In this document: positions 8,866-18,267 of the stretch, piece after piece | Layout of the letters: each line of letters starts with the position of its first letter | Numbering within the stretch: the first letter of the stretch is position 1 | From: a virus | Taxonomy: Duplodnaviria > Caudoviricetes | Virus record (IMG/VR): IMGVR_UViG_3300035703_000112 | Coordinates: 1 to 57,189 of that record | Direction: 5' to 3' (one strand) | Length of the DNA stretch: 57,189 bases | The notes under the pieces: model-generated | The model's input: only the letters and a program-made list of their open reading frames with translations | What the model was told of the DNA's origin: nothing | Databases searched by the model: none | Translations under genes and position numbers: made by a program

Positions 8866-9361
8866 TGTTGAAATATTTAAATGGGTCGTTGTCGTCTAAT
8901 ATCTTTTGAAAAAAATCTGGAATGCGAGATGTTTCTTTTATGTCTGGTGATATCATGATGAATCTATCTATAGCCTCTTTGAATATTGGCATTTTTCTCG
9001 CTGCATCCCAATTGCTATCGTAAGTTCCATGACAATTGCACCACTTCCCTAAAATCATATAATTGAGACGGTGTGTAGATACTGATGGGAATATAGACTT
9101 AGGTAGAACATGTGCTATGCATGCATGCCAATCTTGTTTATTGTAGTGGGCGAGAGATTCGCCACAATTCCAGCATTGCTTGTCTTCCCGGGCCATAATA
9201 CCCTCATACCACTTTTGTAGTTCGGAGGGAATTCCTGCCTCTTTAAATTCTAATTCTTTGGCAATCTTTTTTGCTGACTTTTTAGGGATACTATAAACCT
9301 TCTTAGGTTTATCTGGTTTCCCATTAAGTTTTTGATTGAAGCGTTGTTCTAGGTAACTCAT
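8855..9361 (-). CDS. NinG/HNH-like zinc-binding nuclease
   Basis: CWNCG...AHVLPKS..PSV..H..N...CNCHGTYD. Confidence 0.7.
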   Translation of the reverse strand: MSYLEQRFNQKLNGKPDKPKKVYSIPKKSAKKIAKELEFKEAGIPSELQKWYEGIMAREDKQCWNCGESLAHYNKQDWHACIAHVLPKSIFPSVSTHRLNYMILGKWCNCHGTYDSNWDAARKMPIFKEAIDRFIMISPDIKETSRIPDFFQKILDDNDPFKYFNNEN

Positions 9362-9365
9362 GATG

Positions 9366-9397
9366 CAAACATAAACAAACTAAACAATCTGGCCAAA
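9366..9397 (-). promoter_or_regulatory. Leftward promoter (leaderless transcript)
   Basis: Minus strand TTTG (9394-9397), 20 nt, TATGTTTG (9366-9373), 4 nt, then ATG. Confidence 0.65.
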
Positions 9398-9442
9398 TTT
9401 ATTTTGTTAAAAAAATATTTTTTTATTTTAAAAATGTTGCAT

Positions 9443-9450
9443 TATATTTG
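9443..9450 (+). promoter_or_regulatory. Rightward -7 promoter box
   Basis: TATATTTG in the divergent AT-rich intergenic region. Confidence 0.55.
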
Positions 9451-9481
9451 CACTTGCATAGCAAATAGAGTTGGTTTACAC

Positions 9482-9512
9482 CCGCCTGTATCTTTATACT
9501 GGGCGGATTTTT
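9482..9512 (+). terminator. Hairpin plus U-tract, about 30 nt downstream of the promoter (small RNA end or attenuator)
   Basis: CCGCCTGTA...TACTGGGCGG followed by ATTTTT. Confidence 0.55.
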
Positions 9513-9530
9513 AAAAACAAAATTTAAATT

Positions 9531-9755
9531 ATGTCTACAGATTCAATCATTAAAATTGATGTAACTCCTACAGAACAAGAAAAACTTTGGGTAAAAGCAC
9601 TTGCTTCAGGCGAAAAGGCAAACAAAATTGCTGAAGATTTTGGTATGAACAGAAATACATTTGCCTACCATTTGCGTTTTCTGCGAGCTAAATTTCAGTG
9701 CAAAAACACAAATCAGCTTATCTCTTATTTTTTGCGCAATAATTTAATTGACTAA
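9531..9755 (+). CDS. LuxR/GerE-type HTH regulator
   Basis: TEQEKLWVKALASGEKANKIAEDFGMNRNTFAYHLRFLRAKFQCKNTNQLI. Confidence 0.85.
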   Translation: MSTDSIIKIDVTPTEQEKLWVKALASGEKANKIAEDFGMNRNTFAYHLRFLRAKFQCKNTNQLISYFLRNNLID

Positions 9756-9793
9756 TGTTTTGGTCCCCATTTACCATAAAAATTCAAATTAAA

Positions 9794-10000
9794 ATGAAAA
9801 TCAAACTCGAACGTCTGACAAAAGAACTATCTAAGGGTACTGCTATTGAGCAATATCAAGCTCTAAAAGAATTGAAATCTTTTGTTGTTAGCTCTCTTGA
9901 AAAAGAACAACAGGGTTTGCAGTCAAGTGTTTCTGGTCTTCAAGACCTAGTTAATGAAATTAACGGTAATATTTATGGGAATATCCCATCTGGCGACTAA
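9794..10000 (+). CDS. Hypothetical coiled-coil protein
   Basis: Likely start MKIKLER, preceded by A-rich sequence. Confidence 0.55.
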   Translation: MKIKLERLTKELSKGTAIEQYQALKELKSFVVSSLEKEQQGLQSSVSGLQDLVNEINGNIYGNIPSGD

Positions 10001-10239
10001 TTGTTAGAGTCGGATATTAATTGAGTAGCTGTTTCTGCTGCAAAATATGTCTTTGATGGTCTATTTGAAGATACTATTTCGATTGCAGAATTGCATGATG
10101 CGCCTTGAAATGTTATAGCCGGATTGACTGGTCTAATAATAATACTGTTTGTTGGGAATCCCATTTTAATGCCATTTGGCCCAGAAAAATTCGGGTTGGC
10201 TTGATAGCTGTAAATAGATGCAAATAATATTTTACTCAT
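9997..10239 (-). CDS. Stand-alone copy of the approx. 75-aa virion module
   Basis: MSKILFASIYSYQANPNF...GFP...YFAAETATQLISDSNN; clear paralog of the N-terminus of 11455..13311. Confidence 0.7.
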   Translation of the reverse strand: MSKILFASIYSYQANPNFSGPNGIKMGFPTNSIIIRPVNPAITFQGASCNSAIEIVSSNRPSKTYFAAETATQLISDSNN

Positions 10240-10253
10240 ATTGCGAAAATAAA

Positions 10254-10276
10254 AAATCCGGGTTATCCCCGGATTT
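10254..10276. terminator. Intrinsic terminator hairpin
   Basis: AAATCCGGG-TTATC-CCCGGATTT flanked by A and T tracts. Confidence 0.7.
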
Positions 10277-10295
10277 CTTTCCTTCAAATTTGCCA

Positions 10296-10553
10296 TTATG
10301 CATTAGCGGCAGACAGGATGGTTGCAACGGGGGTAGCGGTAAAGAACTTGGTCGATACCTGATTCAACCCGGTTGGCAGCAATTCAACTACAGCTGCGCA
10401 AGTTACGTTGGCCTGACCACGAACTTCGGTGGTAGGATAAACGTGAATTCCTTGAACAGGGAACAGATTCTGCTGTCCTCCAGCGGCTTTAATTTCGGTT
10501 TGTCCGCCGGGTCCGTCGATTCCGTAAACAAAAACACTAACTACTTGTGCCAT
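10296..10553 (-). CDS. Stand-alone divergent copy of the module; probably highly expressed (capsid decoration candidate)
   Basis: MAQVVSVFVYGIDG...FP...FFTATPVATILSAANA; GC-richer codon usage like the capsid gene; own terminator. Confidence 0.65.
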   Translation of the reverse strand: MAQVVSVFVYGIDGPGGQTEIKAAGGQQNLFPVQGIHVYPTTEVRGQANVTCAAVVELLPTGLNQVSTKFFTATPVATILSAANA

Positions 10554-10616
10554 GTTTAAAAATTTGATTGTGAAGAAAACTCTTCGCAAACGCTTGCGAA
10601 ATATCATTGTAAAATT

Positions 10617-11429
10617 ATGAATATACCGTTAAAGTACAAAACATCATCCCCTGCTGGAGATTTAATCAGTTTTTTGGCTGGGGTAAAAAAAATGTGGGAA
10701 GACACGGGTCGAAAGGGTATTATCTATCAACGTATAGGCATGCAGGGTATTGGCTATGAGGGAAGTATACACCCATTTCAAAATAGTGAAGGAGAAACTG
10801 TTTGTATGTCTGAGTATATGTTTGATATGTTAAAGCCATTGATTGAGGAACAGGAATATGTTGAATCTTTTTTGATTTGGAAAGGAGAAGATTTTGATGT
10901 TGACTTTGATTTAATTAGACTAGAGAGATATACAAATCAGCCAAAAGGCTGTTTAAATAGATGGTTTAATTATGTTTTCCCTCAAATGGCTTCAGACCTT
11001 TCTAAGCCTTGGATAACACTTCCCACCACTCTAAATTTTGCATTTCCTTGGCATGATAAAATCCTAATCAATTTTACTCAACGGTATAGAAATTATCTAA
11101 TTACATATCATTTCTTAAAAAAACATCAAAATGATATAATGTTCTTGGGTCTTCCTAAAGAAAAGGATATTTTCTGTAAAACTTGGGATTTAGAAATAGA
11201 GCACTATCAACCTGATAATTTCTATCAACTAGCTCAGGCTATTAAAAATTGCAGATTTTTCTTAGGCAATCAAAGTTTTTGTTTTCAATTAGCTGAAGCA
11301 TTAAAAACGCCTAGAGTTTTAGAGACTTTTACTTTGATGCCCAACGTAATACCTGTTGGAGAAAAAGCCTATGATTTCTATCACCAAGGTGGTTTGGAAT
11401 ATTATTTTGAAAAACTATCACAATCGTAG
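10617..11429 (+). CDS. GT-B fold (GT9-like) glycosyltransferase
   Basis: N-terminal AGDLI, DLSKPWI, FYQLAQAIKNCRFFLGNQSFCFQLAEALKTPR. Confidence 0.7.
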   Translation: MNIPLKYKTSSPAGDLISFLAGVKKMWEDTGRKGIIYQRIGMQGIGYEGSIHPFQNSEGETVCMSEYMFDMLKPLIEEQEYVESFLIWKGEDFDVDFDLIRLERYTNQPKGCLNRWFNYVFPQMASDLSKPWITLPTTLNFAFPWHDKILINFTQRYRNYLITYHFLKKHQNDIMFLGLPKEKDIFCKTWDLEIEHYQPDNFYQLAQAIKNCRFFLGNQSFCFQLAEALKTPRVLETFTLMPNVIPVGEKAYDFYHQGGLEYYFEKLSQS

Positions 11430-11454
11430 ACAAAATTAATTTGTATCTTCGGGC

Positions 11455-13311
11455 ATGTCTAATATTGTAACAGCATCTATTTATAGCTTTCAAGCTAACC
11501 CAAATTTTACAGACCAGTATGGGGTACAAATTGGATTCCCTGTTGAAACTGTAATAATTAGAGATTTGCCAACTCCTTTGCCATTTCAGGGAGTTGATTG
11601 TTATTCAACTATAGAAGTTATATCTCAGGGTGAGCCGTTCCCAACATATTATGCTTCTGAAACAGCGACCACATTAATATCTAATGCTAATACTGCACCT
11701 TCAACTCCTGTAACTGGTTCTGTTACTTTAAATCCGGGAACTAATTATGTTGGTAAAGTTCGGCTTACGGATGGCACAACAGATGCTGAGGTTGTGCCAT
11801 TGGCTGGTTATAGTGCTCAAGCTGTTGCTATTGTAGATGGTTCTGGTAATCAGGTGACAAGTTTTGGTGGTGGTACTCAATATACTGATGGTTCAGCCGT
11901 AGCTACGCCCACTGGTACTGTATCTCTAGGATTTGATGGGTCAAATGTTCAAGCTATTAGCACTACAGCATCTGGTGCTGTAAATATATCGGATGCGGGT
12001 GGAAGTATTACTGTTGATGGTACAGTTACTGCAAATGCTGGTACGGGTAATTTTACTGTTGTTCAAGCAAGCGCTGCAAATCTTAATGCTACAGTAACTG
12101 GTTCTGTGTCAGTATCAAATTTTCCCGCTACACAACCAATTAGCGGAACTGTTGCAGCCACTCAATCTGGTTTTTGGAGCGTAGATGTAAATAACGCTGG
12201 TGGCGCATCTGCTGTAAACATTCAAGATGGGGGCAATAGCATAACCGTTGATGGTACTGTTACGGCTAACGCTGGTACAGGTACTTTTACGGTTGGGGGG
12301 ACTGTCACTGCAAATGCTGGTACTGGTAATTTTACTGTGGTTCAAGCAACGGCTGCGAACTTAAACGCTACTGTTACTGGAACTGTAACTGCTGACACAG
12401 AACTTCCCACAGCGGCAGCATTATCAGATTCAACAGCCAATCCAACAACTCCTATTATTGGTGCTGCATTAGAGGGGTATAATGGTACTACATGGGATAG
12501 ATTAAAAACAGATACCGCACTTGCTGGCACATCGGCGAATGATACTGTAGTTGGTGTTCTTGCTGCTGGGATAGGTCCGGGTTTTTCAATAAGGTTAAAT
12601 CCAACAAACTTAGGAACTGCTGTAAACTCGGCATCAACTATTAATGTTGATGGCGCAACAACTATGTCAATTGGTATAGGTACAACCACTACGGGTACAT
12701 TTATTTTTGAAGGTACTGCTGATGCTACTAACTGGTTTTCTGTTGAAGTTTTTGATGCAACTTCTGATTTGTGGGTCTCTGGACAAAATTTAACACCCAC
12801 ACTTGGTAAAACTTATCATATTGCATCAGGCGGGTTAAGGCAAATTAGATTAAGAACAGTTACTACATTGGGCACAACAATGGCTCATGTTGTTAATCTT
12901 AGTTTATCTCAACAGTTAATTGCAGGTATAGATACCGGAGCTGCCCCTCATAATTTTGGCTATTCAAATTTGCATAAAGATGGAGAATATACAACACAGC
13001 AAACAGGAACTGCATTGTGGACTCCAGCTTCTGGTAAAAAATTTGTAGTTACGGATATTACAATAACAACTGGTGGTACAACGTCAGGAATTGTTACTTT
13101 ATGGCAAGGAGCTGTTGCAGACACTACTTATACTGTTGGTACAGACCCTGCTGTATTCAGGGGAGAATTTGCCCCTTCTGCAAACTCAAAACCGGGCGTT
13201 GTAAAATCGTTTAATGTTCCTTATGTTTCAACCGCCGTCGACCATATATTAAGGATTACAACTTCTGCTGCAATGACTTTATACGTTCAATGTAATGGAT
13301 ATGAAATATAA
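11455..13311 (+). CDS. Thr/Gly-rich virion fibre or head-appendage protein
   Basis: N-terminal shared module; repeats GSITVDGTVTANAGTG and NFTVVQAxAANLNATVTG; C-terminal beta-sandwich-like domains. Confidence 0.65.
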   Translation: MSNIVTASIYSFQANPNFTDQYGVQIGFPVETVIIRDLPTPLPFQGVDCYSTIEVISQGEPFPTYYASETATTLISNANTAPSTPVTGSVTLNPGTNYVGKVRLTDGTTDAEVVPLAGYSAQAVAIVDGSGNQVTSFGGGTQYTDGSAVATPTGTVSLGFDGSNVQAISTTASGAVNISDAGGSITVDGTVTANAGTGNFTVVQASAANLNATVTGSVSVSNFPATQPISGTVAATQSGFWSVDVNNAGGASAVNIQDGGNSITVDGTVTANAGTGTFTVGGTVTANAGTGNFTVVQATAANLNATVTGTVTADTELPTAAALSDSTANPTTPIIGAALEGYNGTTWDRLKTDTALAGTSANDTVVGVLAAGIGPGFSIRLNPTNLGTAVNSASTINVDGATTMSIGIGTTTTGTFIFEGTADATNWFSVEVFDATSDLWVSGQNLTPTLGKTYHIASGGLRQIRLRTVTTLGTTMAHVVNLSLSQQLIAGIDTGAAPHNFGYSNLHKDGEYTTQQTGTALWTPASGKKFVVTDITITTGGTTSGIVTLWQGAVADTTYTVGTDPAVFRGEFAPSANSKPGVVKSFNVPYVSTAVDHILRITTSAAMTLYVQCNGYEI

Positions 13312-13316
13312 TATAT

Positions 13317-13523
13317 ATGATTACTCAAGAAATATTACTAGTGGAAAAGGTTGACAATGGGGATGGTACTACATCTATGATAGCTGAATTATCTGTTTAT
13401 CGAAATGGAATATTTATCCATCACGATAGTAGAAGCCCATTTAATTTCCCTAGCGATATGACAGACCAAGAAATAATTGATTATCTATGGGACAATGAAT
13501 ATTTGAAGTATAAAATAGTTTAA
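13317..13523 (+). CDS. Hypothetical protein
   Basis: 68-aa acidic ORF, coupled to the next gene. Confidence 0.6.
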   Translation: MITQEILLVEKVDNGDGTTSMIAELSVYRNGIFIHHDSRSPFNFPSDMTDQEIIDYLWDNEYLKYKIV

Positions 13524-14251
13524 TGGCTGTATTTAACTTACACGGTGTAACACCTGTTCCTGCGGATAATGGAACAAACGCCACAACAACCATTACTATC
13601 ACCCCCCCAGCATCTATGCTAGATGGTGATTTAGTGGTAGTATACTTACAGCAAAGGGGCACTGCTACATTCTCTGTAGGCGTGACTGGCGGTCAAACTT
13701 GGACTCCAATAGGAAGAAATGCTGTTACTGCGAACGTATCAATGGAAACTTATTGGGCTAGATTCAATGGTACATGGGCTGCTAACCCAAGGTTCGACTT
13801 TTCTGCTGGTACAAACACTTCAGCAGTAATGCTTGTCTTTAGGTCAGATGTACCTACAAATCAATGGGGTACAGAAAGTATACAGACAGTCAATGCTGCT
13901 GCTGCCGCCACTATTACTATAACTGGTGTCACTCCCGCAAACCCTGATAGTGTGACAGTTGGTAGTTGGATGACAGCAGATGATAACACATGGGGTACAC
14001 TCACTGGTGCTGGCTGGAGCAAACTAGGTCTTACAGCTCAGTATAGGAACTTGGCAGGTAACGACCAGTCTTCTACATACGCATATTATTTACAATCTTT
14101 AGGTCCATCTGCTATACCCAATACTTCCCAGACACAGCTTACGCTTGGTAATGATGCTACAGCTTGGAGAAGAATAACATTTTATAATTTTGCTGCCTCA
14201 GCATTTACCCCATCTGACCCTATGGGTATGTTAGGAATATTTGGAATATAA
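13523..14251 (+). CDS. Thr/Ala-rich beta-sandwich virion-associated protein
   Basis: ITPPASMLDGDLVVV..., ITITGVTP; composition typical of structural proteins. Confidence 0.55.
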   Translation: MAVFNLHGVTPVPADNGTNATTTITITPPASMLDGDLVVVYLQQRGTATFSVGVTGGQTWTPIGRNAVTANVSMETYWARFNGTWAANPRFDFSAGTNTSAVMLVFRSDVPTNQWGTESIQTVNAAAAATITITGVTPANPDSVTVGSWMTADDNTWGTLTGAGWSKLGLTAQYRNLAGNDQSSTYAYYLQSLGPSAIPNTSQTQLTLGNDATAWRRITFYNFAASAFTPSDPMGMLGIFGI

Positions 14252-14256
14252 AATAT

Positions 14257-14478
14257 ATGATACATCAATTTACAACCCCACTCGCAGTTCACACACCATA
14301 TGGTGAAGGTGAAGCAATATTATTAATAGATTATTCTATTGATATTAGTACTGTATGGCTAATTAGATTAAATGATGGTTCCGTTGTCCATTGTATGTCT
14401 GAAGACATAAGGATATATGGTAACCCAATGTATGGTAAAGAATATGCTATAAATATACCTGATGGATGGATTAAATAA
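14257..14478 (+). CDS. Small conserved phage protein
   Basis: TPYGEGEAILLIDY...DIRIYGNP. Confidence 0.65.
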   Translation: MIHQFTTPLAVHTPYGEGEAILLIDYSIDISTVWLIRLNDGSVVHCMSEDIRIYGNPMYGKEYAINIPDGWIK

Positions 14479-14493
14479 TTAAATATTGTTTTA

Positions 14494-14802
14494 ATGATAG
14501 TTCAAACTATACATGAAATAGTTAACCCATTTGATGTTGAAGTTAATAAGCTTGGCTATGGGGTAGCTATTTTCATGATAGCTGGTAGTATTCATTCTAA
14601 TCCACAGTTTATAGTTCGTTTTTATAATACAGGAGAACTTAGAACTGTTGACCAAAATGATTTACTAGTTTACGGCAACCCTAGTGCTGGGGAATCCTTA
14701 ACGCCACTTAAATCTAATGAAAAAGTTAGTAAAGGAAGCAGGTGGGGCATAGGCGCTGTAAGAAATACAGATTTTTTAAAAACAAAAAATCATGATAAAT
14801 AG
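14494..14802 (+). CDS. Paralog of 14257..14478
   Basis: LGYGVAIFMI...DLLVYGNP aligns with the preceding protein. Confidence 0.6.
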   Translation: MIVQTIHEIVNPFDVEVNKLGYGVAIFMIAGSIHSNPQFIVRFYNTGELRTVDQNDLLVYGNPSAGESLTPLKSNEKVSKGSRWGIGAVRNTDFLKTKNHDK

Positions 14803-16240
14803 TAAGAAGAAATTACATAATGTTACACTGATTTGTATAGATTGTCAAAATTATAAAGGAGCTGTTGATGCCTTAAAAAAAAGTACAGAAGATTGTGAAT
14901 TTTATTCTGTAAAATTATTAACAGACATTGACATAAAAGTAAAAGGAATAGATGTCGTAAAAATTGAATCAATAAAATCAAAAGAACAATATTCAGAATT
15001 TGTTGTAAAAAAATTAAATTCTTTTTTTGATACAGAATATGTTCTTGTTTGTCAGCATGATGGGTATGTCCTAGACGGGAATTGTTGGGACGATGAATTT
15101 ATAAAGTATGATTATATAGGTGCTCCTTGGCTTTATATTGATGGCAAAAATGTTGGTAATGGTGGATTTTCCCTTCGTTCAAAAAAACTACAAAATGCAT
15201 TAGCTGAAGATGATTTTATATCAGCAACTGACCCAGAAGACCAAGCTATAGGTAGGCTTTACCGAGATTACTTAATTAAAAAATACGATATTAAATTTGC
15301 CTCAGAAGAGGTTGCAGATAAATTTTCTTTTGAATTAAGGCAGCCAGCGCAACCCACATTTGGCTTTCATGGTAAATTCCATGAGCCTTATAAGTCAGTT
15401 GTGGTTTTGAAGAGAATGGGTGCAATGGGTGATGTAATACGACTAGAACCAGTTATGAGATATTTTCATGATACTGGTCATATGGTTGTATTACATACAA
15501 CAAACAATTTTTATAATCTGTTTATAAATCATGACTATAAGATACATAATATTAATTTAGTTGATGGTAGATTGTTAAAAAATGCGAAACACTACGACTT
15601 AGATATGTCGTATGAAAATAACCCACAAGTTCCTCATCTAATATCATATTTCGAGGCTTGCGGAGTTTGCAAATATGATTACAAGAAATACCTAACTAAG
15701 CAAAAATTGTCATTAGGATTTCAGGTTAATCAGTATACAAAATTATTTAACAAATATGCCGTACTTCACATTGATGACAGACCTCAGCCAAGCAGAAATA
15801 TTTATGGGGTTGATTGGCAAATAGTCGCTTATGAATTAAGGCGTAATGGATATGATGTAATACAGGTTGGATTTCAAAATAAAGAAATAATAGGGACTAC
15901 ATATATGAGGACAATAAATGAAAATTTGTTGTCTTATCTAGTTGCTGGCGCAGATATGTTCATAGGCGTGGATAGCGGTATAAGTCACATAGCAGCTGGT
16001 TTTAATGTTCCAAGCATGATATTTTTTGGAAATGTAAATCCTGATATTATTCATGTTGACCTTGATAATATTGTAGTTGTAACTAACCATAGTCAAGAAA
16101 GCCCTATTTGTGAAAAGCCATATTGCTGGCATTCAGTAGTTGGGTGTGCGGGTGTTACATGCTATATAAGTGAAACTAGTCCTCCTTGTTCAAGTTTCTC
16201 AACTAAACAAGTTATTAATTTCATAAAACTGATGAAATGA
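14792..16240 (+). CDS. DUF5672-like domain fused to a GT9-like glycosyltransferase
   Basis: QHDGYV...YDYIGAPW...VGNGGFSLRS...ED...FGFHG; then GAMGDVI...FIGVDSGISHIAAGFNVPS...CWH. Confidence 0.85.
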   Translation: MINSKKKLHNVTLICIDCQNYKGAVDALKKSTEDCEFYSVKLLTDIDIKVKGIDVVKIESIKSKEQYSEFVVKKLNSFFDTEYVLVCQHDGYVLDGNCWDDEFIKYDYIGAPWLYIDGKNVGNGGFSLRSKKLQNALAEDDFISATDPEDQAIGRLYRDYLIKKYDIKFASEEVADKFSFELRQPAQPTFGFHGKFHEPYKSVVVLKRMGAMGDVIRLEPVMRYFHDTGHMVVLHTTNNFYNLFINHDYKIHNINLVDGRLLKNAKHYDLDMSYENNPQVPHLISYFEACGVCKYDYKKYLTKQKLSLGFQVNQYTKLFNKYAVLHIDDRPQPSRNIYGVDWQIVAYELRRNGYDVIQVGFQNKEIIGTTYMRTINENLLSYLVAGADMFIGVDSGISHIAAGFNVPSMIFFGNVNPDIIHVDLDNIVVVTNHSQESPICEKPYCWHSVVGCAGVTCYISETSPPCSSFSTKQVINFIKLMK

Positions 16241-16974
16241 TTTGGGATTGTTTTACATATAATGGGGAAGAGGATTTGCTTAAGATAAGGTGTGAAGAGT
16301 TGTCTGGTCTTGATGTTACACATATTTTAATAGAAAGCAATTACACATTTACAGGGAAATGGAAGTCACTTAGCTATAAGAATAAACTTCCATACAAGAT
16401 AGAACATTTTGTGGCTAATCATTTACCCAATAATGGTAATGCTTGGGAAAATGAAAAGGAGCAGAGAAATCACATATTATTCGCATTAAATCAGCTAGGG
16501 GCTTCTGAAAATGATATTGTAATTATATCTGATGCAGATGAAATTATTAGACGTTCTACAATAGAAAACTACAATCCCATCAGTTCCCTTACAGCCCTTA
16601 AAATGGATACTTACAGATATTACTTCAATTGTCTTGAGGGGAAGCAGAACTGGGATATGGCTAGGGTGATGAATTTTTCTTACTTAAAAGATAAGACACC
16701 TGACTCCGTAAGGAATAGCGGATTTGAGAGAGTTATTCATGATGCTGGTTGGCATTTCAGTTATATGGGTGGTTATGATAAAATAATTGAGAAAATAGAA
16801 TCTTTTTCTCATACTGAATTAAATACTGAAGAATTTAAATCAAAGATTAAATATAAGCAAGAAAGTTGCCAATCTTTGTTTGGCGATGATTTTTGGCAAA
16901 TTGTTCAAGTTGACAACTCATTCCCTATTGAAGTATTGAAAAATATCACAGCATATCAAAAACATATAAAGTGA
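16237..16974 (+). CDS. GT17 (GnT-III-like) N-acetylglucosaminyltransferase
   Basis: WDCFTYNGEEDLLKIR, ESNYTFTG, WENEKEQRN, ISDADEI, GWHFSY, KIESFSHTE. Confidence 0.85.
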   Translation: MIWDCFTYNGEEDLLKIRCEELSGLDVTHILIESNYTFTGKWKSLSYKNKLPYKIEHFVANHLPNNGNAWENEKEQRNHILFALNQLGASENDIVIISDADEIIRRSTIENYNPISSLTALKMDTYRYYFNCLEGKQNWDMARVMNFSYLKDKTPDSVRNSGFERVIHDAGWHFSYMGGYDKIIEKIESFSHTELNTEEFKSKIKYKQESCQSLFGDDFWQIVQVDNSFPIEVLKNITAYQKHIK

Positions 16975-17735
16975 AACTAGCTGGTACAACATTTATTAGA
17001 AACGGAGAAACTTATGACTATTGTTATATGGAAACAATAGCTTGTTTATTGGAGTTTTGTGACCATGTGTTTGTTGTTGATGCGGGAAGTGATGATGGCA
17101 CTTGCGAAAAAATAGAAGCCATTAATTCCCCCAATTTAACATTAATAAAGCGTTCTAAAGAAGAATGGGATTTGCAGAAGGGTAAAGGGAAGACAAAGCT
17201 TTGTTATTTTACGGATATGGCTCTTTATGCAGCACATGAAGCAGGCTATGATTACAGTTTTTATTTACAATGTGATGAGATATTGCATGAGCGTTCATAT
17301 AATAGTGTTCGGGAAGCCATAAAATCAAATATTGCTGGATACTTGTGCAAAAGGATTAATCTATGGGATAGCCCATACACTCAATTGAAAGTTCCCCAAA
17401 ATAGAATGCCTTGCTCACCTGAAGTAGTCAGGCTTACCCAAGCTGAATACCGTTCATATGGAGATGCTGAAAGTATTGCTGTCCCAATACTTGATAAAAA
17501 CTGGGTTGAACAGATATGTATATACCATATGGGTTTTGTTAGGAAGCGGGAAGTGATGAAAGATAAGGTTATAAATATGCAGGAAAACGTATTTGAACTT
17601 GGCCATCACGACCCCAAGCTAGACTTGGATACCATATTTCAGCCTAAGTTTTGGTTTATCGAAGATGAGTTGGAACTTATTGAAGAGCCACTTCCCCAGA
17701 TTATAAAAAAATGGGCCATAGAGCGTGTATATTGA
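16971..17735 (+). CDS. GT2-like (GT-A fold) glycosyltransferase
   Basis: VVDAGSDDGT, LQCDEILHE, IYHMGFVR. Confidence 0.8.
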   Translation: MKLAGTTFIRNGETYDYCYMETIACLLEFCDHVFVVDAGSDDGTCEKIEAINSPNLTLIKRSKEEWDLQKGKGKTKLCYFTDMALYAAHEAGYDYSFYLQCDEILHERSYNSVREAIKSNIAGYLCKRINLWDSPYTQLKVPQNRMPCSPEVVRLTQAEYRSYGDAESIAVPILDKNWVEQICIYHMGFVRKREVMKDKVINMQENVFELGHHDPKLDLDTIFQPKFWFIEDELELIEEPLPQIIKKWAIERVY

Positions 17736-17755
17736 AAAATATATTAATTTTGGGT

Positions 17756-18067
17756 ATGGCAAAGATTAGAGTAAAGTCAGCTGCTTGGCAGCGTAAGGAG
17801 GGGAAAAATCCTGAAGGCGGTTTGAACGCTAAGGGGAGAGCCTCTTATAAAGCCGAGACGGGTGGAACTCTCAAAGCCCCAGTTAAGTCTGGAGACAATC
17901 CTCGGCGTGCTAGTTTTTTGGCTAGAATGGGAGGTATGCCCGGTCCTGAATATAAAGATGGTAAGCCTACAAGACTTTTACTATCTTTGAAGGCATGGGG
18001 AGCATCCTCTAAAGCTGATGCTAAATCTAAAGCTAAAAACATTTCAGAACGAAATAAAAATAAATAA
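17756..18067 (+). CDS. DUF6321-like basic phage protein
   Basis: AWQRKEGKNPEGGLNAKGRASY...RRASFLARMGG; start re-called after the TAATTTTG box (17745-17752). Confidence 0.7.
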   Translation: MAKIRVKSAAWQRKEGKNPEGGLNAKGRASYKAETGGTLKAPVKSGDNPRRASFLARMGGMPGPEYKDGKPTRLLLSLKAWGASSKADAKSKAKNISERNKNK

Positions 18068-18068
18068 G

Positions 18069-18263
18069 ATGGAAAAAATGAAAAAAATAAAAGTAAAATT
18101 CAAAAGCCCAAAAGGGAATATGTATAGTGGTTATATGGGCGATGGGAATCAGATGAAAGATGAAGCTAGAAGTTTGAGAGCAGAAAATTTGCGCAAAGAA
18201 AATATGGGCTCTAAATTAATTGATGCTGCCCGTAAACTTCGTGCTAAAAATCTTAAAAAATAA
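18069..18263 (+). CDS. Small lysine-rich protein
   Basis: MEKMKKIKVKFKS... Confidence 0.55.
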   Translation: MEKMKKIKVKFKSPKGNMYSGYMGDGNQMKDEARSLRAENLRKENMGSKLIDAARKLRAKNLKK

Positions 18264-18267
18264 TAAA

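Noticed and set aside
11970-12390. Repeats in the 618-aa protein as a DGR template/variable pair or a CRISPR array
   Set aside because: Differences are mostly synonymous rather than adenine-specific, there is no reverse transcriptase in the window, and there is no repeat-spacer periodicity; these are protein repeats
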